Shown here piece by piece: positions 47,701-60,500 of a stretch of DNA of 64,000 bases (positions within the stretch are counted from its first letter, which is position 1; each line of letters begins with the position of its first letter). Origin of the DNA: Macrostomum lignano (Eukaryota); contig NIVC01001079.1 of the NCBI GenBank assembly GCA_002269645.1, positions 62,001-126,000 of the forward strand, in the 5' to 3' direction. The notes beneath the pieces are model-generated. The model did not search any database. It was not told where the DNA came from and worked only from the letters and a program-made list of their open reading frames with translations. The position numbers were made by a program, and so were the translations under genes.

Positions 47701-49382
47701 ATAAGGTTAAAAATCATAGACTGGCTGAAGAACTGACTTCAAAAATCTCAAACTCAAACATTAAGAGTGACACAAAACACGCACACACAGGCTCAGACAA
47801 AGTGTACAACACGACTGGGACTTTCTCATTGCCAGGCATGTACAACACACTGTGCCTTGGGGGTTGGCCCGCATTAGTTTGAATGGTATGACAACCGCTC
47901 ACGAAATTGAACCAGAGGTCGAGGCGCGATGCGTTTATCGTAGATAAGGGTGGCAGTGTAATTATAAAATGCCGTAATTGAGATGACTAATGAGGTAACG
48001 AAAGCGAGATTGTTTGTGCTCTAGCTGCCTTCAGAAGCGCTAGTGTCAATGAGGGCCAGGGTGATTTTATTGAGTGAGTCGGTGAGTGAGTGAGTGACTG
48101 ACTGACTGTCCGACTCAGTGAGTGACTTGACTGACTGACTGACTGAGGACTGACTGAGTGAGTGAGTGAGTGACTGAGTGAGTGAGTGACTGTCTGACTC
48201 AGTGAGTGACTTGACTGACTGACTGAGTGAATGAGTGAATGAGAGAGTGACTGGGTGAGTGACTGAGTGACTGACTGACTGAGGACTGAGTGACTGACTG
48301 AGTGACTGACTGACTGAGTGCGTGACTGAGTGAGTGACTGACTGAGGACTGAGTGACTGAGTGCGTGACTGAGTGAGTGACTTGACTGACTGACTGACTG
48401 AGGACTGAGTGCGTGACTGACTGACTGACTGACTGAGTGCGTGACTGAGTGAGTGACTGACTGAGGACTGAGTGACTGAGTGCGTGACTGAGTGAGTGAC
48501 TTGACTGACTGACTGACTGAGGACTGAGTGACTGAGTGCGTGACTGAGTGAGTGACTTGACTGACTGACTGACTGAGGACTGAGTGACTGAGTGAGTGAC
48601 TGAGTGACTGACTGACTGGGTGAGTGACTGAGTGACTGACTGACTGGGTGAGTGACTGAGTGACTGACTTACTGGGTGAGTGACTGAGTGACTGACTGAG
48701 TGACTGAGCGACTGAATGAGCGAGTAAGTAAGCAATCATTTGGAAGGTCTGAGCCCCAGAAGTTGGCACCCAGCCAGAATACCAGTAACTCGAGAGTGGG
48801 GGCCCTTTCCGTTTTGGCGGAGTTGAGCCGTGCAATAGCTTAATGCCCTTAGGTGAATTTCCAACCTACCCTGGCTGACTCAGGGCTGGTCCACGCTGTC
48901 AACCCCACCGTTTATCAGCAGCAACAACAATTGACGGTGACTCAGACACATCTAATTCGATGCTTGATATTAGGTTATAAAAACTCACCATTAAATGTAA
49001 AAAGAAACTGCTCAAAAACTCGCTGTGCTTAAAAATCATTAAAAAAAGCTTTCTTTACAGAGAGGCAACAGTCGAAGCACTCTCTCAGATATCCATGCGC
49101 GCCATCTAACCTGTAGGCAACATTGCCAAGCGGCAGCGGGATCTGCACGTCCCGGCCAAATTCAATGTAGTCGGCAGTCTTCTGGGCAATAGGCATGGAC
49201 TTGGCCTTCTCCACATTCCAGGCGCCCAGCTGGTTGCAGTCGCCAACTAGGTAACAGGCAATATCGGGGGCGCCTAAGCTGCCTAACAGCTGGTCTGGCA
49301 CTCGAACTCGGAATGGCACCACCACCTGGTGCTGCCGAGGACCGCATGATGAACTGCTGCTGGTAGTTGACTTAGTTGCCAT
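41340..49382 (-). CDS. GPCPD1: Glycerophosphocholine phosphodiesterase (CBM20 + GDPD), ~744 aa, 8 exons
   Basis: Exons 49382-49111, 47484-47304, 45834-45524, 45175-45037, 44943-44812, 44153-43866, 42874-42647 and 42023-41340 join in frame (2235 nt). CBM20: LVGDCNQLGAWNVEKA. Family motifs: GWLTGQTQV, DVGHRGAGNS, RENTI.S, GADFVEFDVQ.SKD.IPVVFHD, PFPSL, IEIKYP, KQNRYPVLFLTQG, GVDALIYD. Confidence 0.95.
42130..42650. repeat. 22-bp minisatellite (GACCCCTATCAGTCCCACCTGT), GPCPD1 last intron
   Basis: About 23 copies starting at the splice donor. Confidence 0.95.
42955..43156. mobile_element. ~200-bp dispersed structured repeat, full copy A
   Basis: Closely matches 56240-56435. Shorter related copies at 38896-38968 (inverted), 45880-45995, 47778-47870 and 60558-60636. 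Confidence 0.85.
43215..43690. repeat. 16-bp minisatellite (GAGATATGAAATCYCA)
   Basis: Tandem copies, intronic. Confidence 0.96.
43743..43816 (-). ncRNA. Degenerate tRNA-like sequence (pseudo-tRNA or SINE head)
   Basis: Minus strand GGGAGCTGTAGCCTAGTGGTCTAGCGCGGCGTTCTGATGTGCCAGCGGCCCGGGCTCGATTCTAAGTGCAGTCA. A-box-like TAGTGGTCTAG and B-box-like GGCTCGATTC. Resembles metazoan tRNA-Glu, but the T-stem is broken. Confidence 0.55.
44197..44790. repeat. (TCTG)n microsatellite interrupted by CCTATCTCACTG
   Basis: Fills the intron almost end to end. Confidence 0.96.
46030..47258. repeat. 31-bp minisatellite (GGGCTACAGAGACTATGTACATTGGGGAGGT)
   Basis: About 39 copies. It explains the three ~400-aa plus-strand ORFs. 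Confidence 0.96.
48070..48725. repeat. (TGAC/TGAG)n compound simple repeat
   Basis: Intronic, degenerate. Confidence 0.94.
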
Positions 49383-49999
49383 GCTGGTTTTAAACGTGTC
49401 AAGCTGAGCTGTCCATTTTGAAAAACAAAAACGTTTACTAAATGGTTAATAGCTTGCTTTTTTACTACGGATATACTGGCGCTTATTCAAACAAGCAAAC
49501 TAACGATATCAGTTGCAGTGGTAGCCTTGGCTCTGAAAAAAAATACATCGCGAAAAGTATTAGTAAAATAATCCGAAAATCGTTTTTTTCTATCACCTAC
49601 AATTAGGAGCAATAGCAATTAGGAAAAGTAGTGGTATTAGTTTTATAATGGTTTTATTATACACCCGTTATAGGAAAAAAACAATGCACTTTGTAAGCTA
49701 AACAGCCTATGTACATTTTGCAAGCTGAAATCCTAACCACTGGCGGCGAGGGTGGGCAATAAAATGGGGAGGGCGCAGAGACAGAGAGCCAAGCGACTCA
49801 GTTTTATTACCAATCTAGAAGGGGGTACGAGCGTAACAATAATGCGCAGCTAGTTAAGCGCGACAGATAATGCTGTTTGTTCCACTTTAACTGCAGCCGA
49901 AACATGGATGAATGAATAGAATTCTATTCTATTCTATTCTATTCATTCATCCATGAGCCGAAACCCCCTTGGGTAGGAAGAGGACAGGAAATAAAATTG

Positions 50000-50525
50000 G
50001 AGGGTGTAAGGCAGCACGTGACCCGGTTTTATTATCAGTCTAGGAAAGAAAATCTATGTACATTTCAAAGCCCGACAGCTAACGTACATTCTACAGCTGA
50101 AAGCCCGGTTAATATCGACAATAAAATGGGGGGATCGTGGCAGAACGTGACCCACCAGTTTTATATCAGTCTAGTAAAGAAGAACAATGTACATTTCTAA
50201 GCGCCGCCAGCTAGTGTACATACTACAGCTGAAACCTCCGGGGAATATTGGCAATAAAATGGGGGAGGGTGTAGCAGAAGCACGTGACCCACCAGTTTCT
50301 CAGTCTAGTAAAGAAAAACAATGTACATTTCTAAGCCCCGCCAGCTAGTGTACATACTACAGCTGAAACCTCCGGGGAATATTGGTAATAAAGGGGGGGG
50401 GGTGGCAGAAGCACGTGATCCACCAGTTTCTCTATCAGTCTAGAAAAGAAAAACATTAGAAACTTTACAAACTCCAGGGCATTTCGGCAATACAATGGGG
50501 AAGGTGTGGCAGTAGCACGTGACCA
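50000..50525. repeat. ~130-bp tandem repeat (about 4 copies) carrying CACGTGA E-boxes
   Basis: Unit GCACGTGACC...CAGTCTAG.AAAGAA...TGTACATT...ACAGCTGAAA...AATAAAATGGGGG. Located 0.6-1.1 kb upstream of the GPCPD1 ATG. Confidence 0.85.
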
Positions 50526-51574
50526 AGGTACTTTTGTCTCTCTTGGAGAGGAGACCTATCACCTATCTACTAGAAGCAGTAATTCCCGATTTTTACTAAA
50601 TTGTTCAACAACCAAAAATGAAAAGTACAAAACCAAAACACCACAGTTTGTTAAGTAAAAACAACTGAACTCACATTAACGTGTATTTAATTAACATATC
50701 GAGTTGACAACACGTGTAGTATAAATTAAATTACCAATCATTTTTGACAGAGAGTAATGCGAATCACATTAAAGATAACCCAGATTACTAAGCTACCAAT
50801 CCAATTAAAAAACTCTGTAAAAAAACTTTTTTACTCGTTCCCAACTTCGTACAGACCAAAAAACTTTTTTTAAGTTTCTCAAACAGTTATGATTCAAGAC
50901 AAACTTAATTAAAATAGAATTAGAAAAAAGTGTTCAGGTAATTTACGTACTAAAAGGTTCCAATTGTCAATCTTCTGGATTACCAAAATAAAAACTAAAA
51001 GACTATGACGTTAGACTGTAATAAATTGATCAATGCCACGATAGTGGATGGCTGTGAGAGATTGCCTAAATAAACTTATGCACATTAATCAATACGCGGA
51101 AACTACCCGTATCAGGTATGTAATATTCATAAACAATCAAAGATAAAATATGCCATTTAAAGTAATATTGATGACTAATATGAATTCAATCAATACTGAG
51201 CTTTCTTATAAGGAACAGAAAATATTTATGGCAATCGAAATAAAAATATGCAATCAAGAGACTAATAATAATCTGTCATATGACTTGATACAAACAATTA
51301 AAAATTATTACAGCAGGTCACACCGACCGTCTCATTGTAAGTAAAAACTGTCTTCTACTATACTACTGATTAAAAACGATCAGTAGTATCAGATAAAAGA
51401 GAAAAACAAAATTAAATATAACTATTGTATTGCACTTAATATTGCAATTATTGTATTGCAATATTAAGTATTTGTTTTTAACCACACGTTTGAAAGCCTG
51501 AGGTTGCTAGACGCTTCATTCTGAGAAACGAAATTGTTAAGAACGGCTTTCTAACAGTCACTTTAGCTGCGATG

Positions 51575-54500
51575 TCAAGCCACGGTGGTCGCCTGTCCCG
51601 ACTGCAACGGCTGTTTGAATATCCAGTCGCCCTCCTCATCTCTGATGAAGTATTTCACCGGAAATTGGAGGCCGTGATCGCGACGATATCTTCCGCAATT
51701 CCGTTGACGATCTTCCAGCTGTATGATGGTAAACAATACAAATGAAATTATTGATAGAATGAGTGCTACTCAAGTATGCTACTCATAAAGGGGAAAACAA
51801 AGATTAGACACGGTTAGAAAAGATAATACAAGTAATAATATAACGGATTTACAGTTAGATTGGAATTTATACAGGTAAGATAGCACAGGTAGATTAAGAC
51901 ACACACAGGTGAGATAGCACAGGTAGATTAAGACACACACAGGTGAGATAGCACATGTAGATTAAGACACACACAGGTGAGATAGCACAGGTAGATTAAG
52001 ACACACAGGTGAGATAGCACAGGTAGATTAAGACAGACACAGGTGAGATAGCACAGGTAGATTAAGACACTCAGGTGAGATAGCACAGGTAGATTAAGAC
52101 AGACACAGGTGAGATAGCACAGGTAGATTAAGACACACACAGGTGAGATAGCACAGGTAGATTAAGACACAGAGGTGAGATAGCACAGGTAGATTAAGAC
52201 ACACACAGGTGAGATAGCACAGGTAGATTAAGACACAGAGGTGAGATAGCACAGGTAGATTAAGACACACACAGGTGAGATAGCACAGGTAGATTAAGAC
52301 ACACAGGTGAGATAGCACAGGTAGATTAAGACACACACAGGTGAGATAGCACAGGTAGATTAAGACACAGAGGTGAGATAGCACAGGTAGATTAAGACAC
52401 TCAGGTGAGATAGCACAGGTAGATTAAGACACACACAGGTGAGATAGCACAGGTAGATTAAGACACACAGGTGAGATAGCACAGGTAGATTAAGACAGAC
52501 ACATGTGAGATAGCACAGGTAGATTAAGACACAGAGGTGAGATAGCACAGGTAGATTAAGACACAGAGGTGAGATAGCACAGGTAGATTAAGACACACAC
52601 AGGTGAGATAGCACAGGTAGATTAAGACACACAGGTGAGATAGCACAGGTAGATTAAGACACAGAGGTGAGATAGCACAGGTAGATTAAGACACACACAG
52701 GTGAGATAGCACAGGTAGATTAAGACACTCAGGTGAGATAGCACAGGTAGATTAAGACACACACAGGTGAGATAGCACAGGTAGATTAAGACACACACAG
52801 GTGAGATAGCACAGGTAGATTAAGACAGACACATGTGAGATAGCACAGGTAGATTAAGACACAGAGGTGAGATAGCACAGGTAGATTAAGACACACACAG
52901 GTGAGATAGCACAGGTAGATTAAGACACACAGGTGAGATAGCACAGGTAGATTAAGACAGACACATGTGAGATAGCACAGGTAGATTAAGACACAGAGGT
53001 GAGATAGCACAGGTAGATTAAGACACAGAGGTGAGATAGCACAGGTAGATTAAGACACACACAGGTGAGATAGCACAGGTAGATTAAGACACACAGGTGA
53101 GATAGCACAGGTAGATTAAGACACAGAGGTGAGATAGCACAGGTAGATTAAGACACACACAGGTGAGATAGCACAGGTAGATTAAGACACTCAGGTGAGA
53201 TAGCACAGGTAGATTAAGACACACACAGGTGAGATAGCACAGGTAGATTAAGACACACACAGGTGAGATAGCACAGGTAGATTAAGACACTCAGGTGAGA
53301 TAGCACAGGTAGATTAAGACACAGAGGTGAGATAGCACAGGTAGATTAAGACACAGAGGTGAGATAGCACAGGTAGATTAAGACAGACACATGTGAGATA
53401 GCACAGGTAGATTAAGACACTCAGGTGAGATAGCACAGGTAGATTAAGACAGACACATGTGAGATAGCACAGGTAGATTAAGACACTCAGGTGAGATAGC
53501 ACAGGTAGATTAAGACACAGAGGTGAGATAGCACAGGTAGATTAAGACACAGAGGTGAGATAGCACAGGTAGATTAAGACACACAGGTGAGATAGCACAG
53601 GTAGATTAAGACACACACAGGTGAGATAGCACAGGTAGATTAAGACACAGAGGTGAGATAGCACAGGTAGATTAAGACACAGAGGTGAGATAGCACAGGT
53701 AGATTAAGACACAGAGGTGAGATAGCACAGGTAGATTAAGACACACAGGTGAGATAGCACAGGTAGATTAAGACACACAGGTGAGATAGCACAGGTAGAT
53801 TAAGACACACAGGTGAGATAGCACAGGTAGATTAAGACACAGAGGTGAGATAGCACAGGTAGATTAAGACACAGAGGTGAGATAGCACAGGTAGATTAAG
53901 ACACACACAGGTGAGATAGCACAGGTAGATTAAGACACACAGGTGAGATAGCACAGGTAGATTAAGACACACAGGTGAGATAGCACAGGTAGATTAAGAC
54001 ACTCAGGTGAGATAGCACAGGTAGATTAAGACACAGAGGTGAGATAGCACAGGTAGATTAAGACACAGAGGTGAGATAGCACAGGTAGATTAAGACAGAC
54101 ACATGTGAGATAGCACAGGTAGATTAAGACACAGAGGTGAGATAGCACAGGTAGATTAAGACACACAGGTGAGATAGCACAGGTAGATTAAGACAGACAC
54201 ATGTGAGATAGCACAGGTAGATTAAGACACACAGGTGAGATAGCACAGGTAGATTAAGACACACAGGTGAGATAGCACAGGTAGATTAAGACACACAGGT
54301 AAGATAGCACAGGTAGATTAAGACACACACAGGTGAGATACCACAGGTAGATAAAGACACACAGGCGAGATAGCACAGGTAGATTAAGACACACAGGCGA
54401 GATAGCACGGGTAGATTAAGACACACAGGCGAGATAGCACAGGTAGATTGACACACACACAGGTGAGATAGCACAAAAAGATAAGCAAAAAAGTACGCAT

Positions 54501-57500
54501 AGACAATAATCAAAGACCGACAAACCTTTTTCTTTTCCTCGGTCGCCTTGGCAATGTCGCCGGCTCGCAGTGCCTCGGTAACGGACTCCCACAGTCGGCG
54601 CGACTCGTAGGCCCGCTGATGATGGCGCGGCCGGACCCGCTTTGGCAGGGCGGGCAGCTGGGCAACGTGCAGCTGCCGGCGCTCACCAGTGGCCGGATTT
54701 TCGAATTCCAGTTGGCCGCTCCATTCGCCGCTAACTCGACAGGCGACGCCGCCAGCTGGGCTGCGAACTTCGGCGCTGATGCGGTGCAGCTTGCCGCCAT
54801 AGAATGGCTTGGTGTGGAATATCACCGAGGCGGAGAACCGGGACTTGGCGCAGCTGATGCCCACCTGACAGCGGCAATGAGGCAGGAGTGAGGCATCTCA
54901 CAAGGGGCGATTCTACAGTAGCAGAATGTAGGATAGGGGCGATTCTACAGTAGCAGAATATAGGATAGGGGCGATTCTACAGTAGCATAATGTAGGGTAG
55001 GGGCGATTCTACAGTAGCAGAATGTAGGGTAGGGGCGATTCTACAGTAGCAGAATGTAGGGTAGGGGCGATTCTACAGTATAATTTAGGGTAGGGGCGAT
55101 TCTACAGTAGCAGAATGTAGGGTAGGGGCGATTCTACAGTATAATTTAGGGTAGGGGCGATTCTACAGTAGCAGAATTCAGGGTAGGGGCGATTCTACAG
55201 TAGCAGAATTCAGGATAGGGGCGATTCTGCAGTTGAATCACAGGTTCAGATGCGATTCTGCAGTTGGGGCACACAGGGTCAGATGCGATTCTGCAGTTGG
55301 GGCACACAGGTTCAGATGCGATTCTGCAGTTGGGGCACACAGGTTCAGATGCGATTCTGCAGTTGGAGCACACAGGGAGCACATTGGAGCACACAGGGAG
55401 CACATTGGAGCACACAGGGAGCACATTGGAGCACACAAGGAGCACATTGGAGCACACAGGGAGCACATTGGAGCACACAGGGAGCACATTGGAGCACACA
55501 GGGAGCACATTGGAGCACACAGGGAGCACATTGGAGCACACAGGGAGCACATTGGAGCACACATTGGAGCACACAGGGAGCACATTGGAGCACACAGGGA
55601 GCACATTGGAGCACACAGGGAGCACATTGGAGCACACAGGGAGCACATTGGAGCACACAGGGAGCACATTGGAGCACACAGGGAGCACATTGAAGCACAC
55701 AGGGAGCACATTGAAGCACACAGGGAGCACATTGAAGCACACAGGGAGCACATTGGAGCACACAGGGAGCACATTGAAGCACACAGGGAGCACATTGAAG
55801 CACACAGGGAGCACATTGGAGCACACACCTTGTCTCCCAGTTCGACCCAGGGCACGGTGAGAATAGACCTGGCGTAGGCGCTGGGCAGCTGGATGCTGTA
55901 GACCTCGCCGTGGCCAAGCAGATGCAGCTGCAGTTTACCAATCATGTTGACACCGATACTCATTCCCATGAACTTGCTCTTAGTATAGATGCTGGCATTC
56001 AGCCAAATCTGTTTCTGTGGACACTCCAGATAGAATGCGGTCACTGGCGGATGGTGCGAAACCTGCTCGGCCGTGTACACCAGCTGGGTGCTGCCGTCGC
56101 CTAGCAACCAGGAGCAGTGGAAAGTCTCGCCAATTAGCGGGTTGTACGGCTTCTTGGCGATGGCGCCCTGAGTGAGTTGGTTGTACAGTATTAATTTTAA
56201 TTAGAGGCAGGGAGCTGTGTGCACCCTGGCGCACTTTAAAGAGGCATTACTGCCCATACCACCGACTCCCCTGAGCAGGCACACACGCGCGCGGATACGT
56301 ACGCAGGCACACACTCACACAGGAGTGTACAGCGGCCCTGACTTTATTTATTGTTAGGCATGTAATGTACACTTCACTGTGCCTTGGGGGTTGGCCCTCA
56401 AGGGTGTAAATTGCACGAGCAGAGCCAAGCCGAGATTCCAGTTTACGAGTAGACATCTAAGATAAAAATCACCTGACCAGTTTCTATAATAGCGATTTAT
56501 TGCACAACGATATTCTAATATATTATCTATACTACTCACCCTTGGCTATCTTTAGTATGGCATGCAAAATTAGCATAAACAAAATGTTTACTACCAGGTG
56601 GTTGCACAATAACAAAATGCATTTTTTACTTCTATTCGTTTTATATAGCACTAATTGCCAGTATTTAACATATTCCCTGTCAGTGGAAATGAAGGCGATT
56701 TTCAGAGAGTATCAGGGGCGATTTTCAGAGAGTATCAGGGGCGATTTTCAGAGAGTATCAGGGGCGATTTTCAGAGAGTATCAGGGGCGATTTTCAAAGA
56801 GTATCAGGGGCGATTTTCAGAGAGTATCAGGGGCGATTTTCAGAGGATCAGGGGCGATTATCAGAGAGTATCAGGGGCGACTTTCAGAGTATCAGGGGCG
56901 ATTTTCAGAGAGGATCATGGGCGACTTTCAGAGAGTATCAGGGGCGATTTTCAGAGAGGATCAGGGGCGATTTTCAGAGAGTATCAGGGGCGACTTTCAG
57001 AGAGTATCAGGGGCGATTTTCAGAGAGTATCAGGGGCGATTATCAGAGAGTATCAGGGGCGATTTTCAAAGAGTATCAGGGGCGATTTTCAGAGAGTATC
57101 AGGGGCTTCTAATAATAACTTCTACCCTTACTCATCTTTTAGTTAGAACAGAGTTTAGCCTACTTAGGGTCCCAATGTCCCAATACCTATTTTTGCACAG
57201 AAAGACCCTTTAAACACAAATTAATAATGCATTTCACGTGGAAAAAATGAATAGGGATATTCAAAACAGATGTTATAATGCTATTATAAAGATGTTTTTA
57301 AAAGACTAATAACCAATAATGCATAGGAAAAAAGCCAAGCAATTAATAAGTTATTTAATGGAAAACAACACGACGCTAAAACAGCTGGTTAATTAAGCGC
57401 ACTCACCTTCTTCGGGTTAAAAGTATTCTAAGAAAAAGCGACATTGTGTGTTAGAGGTTAGAACTGATGAAAAAGCGCTGCTATACGAGTCTAAGACACA

Positions 57501-60500
57501 AATATTTTAAACAATAAAATAAAAACATACATACAAGTGAATTATTGCATTTTAAAAATACTTTAGTGAGACAAAAGCGCGTTTATTCAATTGTGCTCAA
57601 GTCAAACGGGTAGGCTTGTGCGCAATAAAATCATTGTTGCGTAACTGGACTTTTCAAGATTGAGAATCATCATGACTATGAACTGTCAAGATTATGAACT
57701 GTCAAGATTATGAGCTGTCAAGATTATGAACTGTCAAGATTATGAACTGTCAAGATTATGAACTGTCAAGATTATGAACTGTCAAGATTATGAACTGTCA
57801 AGATTATGAACTGTCAAGATTATGAACTGTCAAGATTATGAACTATCAAGATTATGAACTGTCAAGATTATGAACTGTCAAGATTATGAACTGTCAAGAT
57901 TATGAACTATCAAGATTATGAACTGTCAAGATTATGAACTATCAAGATTATGAACTATCAAGATTATGAACTGTCAAGATTATGAACTGTCAAGATTATG
58001 AACTATCAAGATTATGAACTATCAAGATTATGAACTGTCAAGATTATGAACTATCAAGATTATGAACTATCAAGATTATGAACTGTCAAGATTATGAACT
58101 GTCAAGATTATGAACTATCAAGATTATGAACTATCAAGATTATGAACTGTCAAGATTATGAACTGTCAAGATTATGAACTGTCAAGATTATGAACAGTCA
58201 AGAGTATGAACTGTCAAGATTATGAACTGTCAAGATTATGAACTGTCAAGATTATGAACAGTCAAGAGTATGAACTATCAAGATTATGAACAGTCAAGAG
58301 TATGAACTGTCAAGATTATGAACTGTCAAGATTATGAACTGTCAAGATTATGAACTATCAAGATTATGAACTATCAAGATTATGAACTGTCAAGATTATG
58401 AACAGTCAAGAGTATGAACTGTCAAGATTATGAACTGTCAAGATTATGAACTGTCAAGATTATGAACAGTCAAGAGTATGAACTATCAAGATTATGAACA
58501 GTCAAGAGTATGAACTGTCAAGATTATGAACTGTCAAGATTATGAACTGTCAAGATTATGAACTATCAAGATTATGAACTATCAAGATTATGAACTATTA
58601 AGATTATGAACTATCAAGATTATGAACTATCAAGATTATGAACAGTCAAGAGTATGAACTGTCAAGATTATGAACTATCAAGATTATGAACTGTCAAGAT
58701 TATGAACTACCAAGATTATGAACTATCAAATATTAAGAACTAATAAAGACGATGAATTATCAGGATTATGAATTAACGGCAGCTTATGAAAAGTTAAAAT
58801 TGTGATGCTTGGATCTCCTCAAAGTTAAGACAGGATAGATATAATAACACTGAGACTCACCTTCCTGCCAGCGTGAAAGCTGGTCAGAAACCACTCCAGC
58901 ACGGCAACCATACGGGACTCGGGATCCGGCAGGTCGGCAGCCCGCAGGAACAGCTCCGGATGAAGCATGGAATCTGCGAACATCTCCAGTAGGGAGCGCT
59001 TCTCCAAGATGAAGGTCGGCAGCACAACCCTAGTGAGATCCATGCCGAGTTTGAGCTGCTGCAACAGGTGCAAGATCACCGATTTGTGCTCTTCCACGCT
59101 GCCGAGGTCCGACTCCAGCTCCGCCGGGCCGTCCTCTTCATCGTAGGCGTGCGGCACCGGAAACAGCGGCGCCTCCAGCATCTCTGGCAGCGGCACCGAG
59201 GACAGGGGCCCGGGCGCCGACAGCTGCGGCGAGACCGACGTTGACGACGAAGACGCCACGGCTGGCAGATTGGTGGCACTGCCGGGCGACAGATTAGTGG
59301 CTTGACCTGTCTGCCTACCAGACTGACAACCAATCCTACTGACTTATCTACCTGCCAGCCTACTAGCCTACCTACCTGCCAGCCTACTAGCCTACCTACC
59401 TGCCAACCTACTAGCCTACCTACCTGCCAACCTACTAGCCTACCTACCTGCCAACCTACTAGCCTACCTACCTGCCAACCTACTAGCCTACCTACCTGCC
59501 AGCCTACTAGCCTACCTACCTGCCAACCTACTAGCCTACCTACCTGCCAACTTACTAGCCTACCTACCTGCCAACCTATTAGCTTACCTACCTGCCAACC
59601 TACTAGCCTACCTAACTGACAACCTACTAGTCTATACCTACCTGCCAACCTGAAAAACTACTAAACTAGCAACCTACCTATTAAAACTTCTAACATATAA
59701 CCAATCAACTTACCTACCAAAAATCTAAGCTATCTACCTATCATTTATCTACCCTACCTACCCACCTATCTCCGTCAACCGTCCCTAGCGGTTTCTCTCC
59801 GCTGCGTGTACCAGTCTAGGTTTTTATACTGACTGCATGCCTGTGTGTAAGGGTGCCTGTTTTTCTACTAGCTAACCTACAACCTACCTACCTACCTACC
59901 TACCCACCTACCTACCTACCAGCCCACCTACCTACCTATCTACCAATCCACCTATCTACCTACCTACCCACCTACCTACCTACCAACCCACCCACCTACC
60001 CACCTACCTACCTACCTACCAATCCAACTACCAATCCACCTACCTACCTACACACCTACCTACCTACCAACCTACCTACCTACCTACCAGCCAACACATT
60101 TGTATAACTAATCTATACTTTAGAAAATTTGGACTCTCAAATGTCCCAGCGCCAATTCTAAACTGGCCAGAACAGTAGCTATTCAGACAAAAACCAGCGA
60201 GGCGAAATTGAGAATTTATTATGCCAACATTAGAAGTCGACTTAGCAACTGAAGGTGAGTACATGTTTTATGCAGATGGGAAGCCACTAGCGGAGCTTGG
60301 GGGAGAGAGAGAGCATAATCTTGACAGGTAGGCAGGCCGCACCAATCCATTAATTAATTAAAGCTAATTATCCCGAATCACTGACAGCCATATAAGGTCA
60401 GAGTTGCACAGACAGTAGAAGAGCATCAATCTAAGTTGCTATGGAAACCAACTGAGAAACTCAATCACACTAACTAGCTGTCCTAGACTAGCAGACGAGT

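Noticed and set aside
51875-54475. CRISPR-like look of regularly spaced repeats (also 62048-62578)
   Set aside because: The units are head-to-tail with no unique spacers, no cas genes are present, and the context is eukaryotic introns.
60190-60255. [11 protein letters not shown] resembling the start of a LINE AP-endonuclease
   Set aside because: About 12 aa followed by a stop, with no further motifs.
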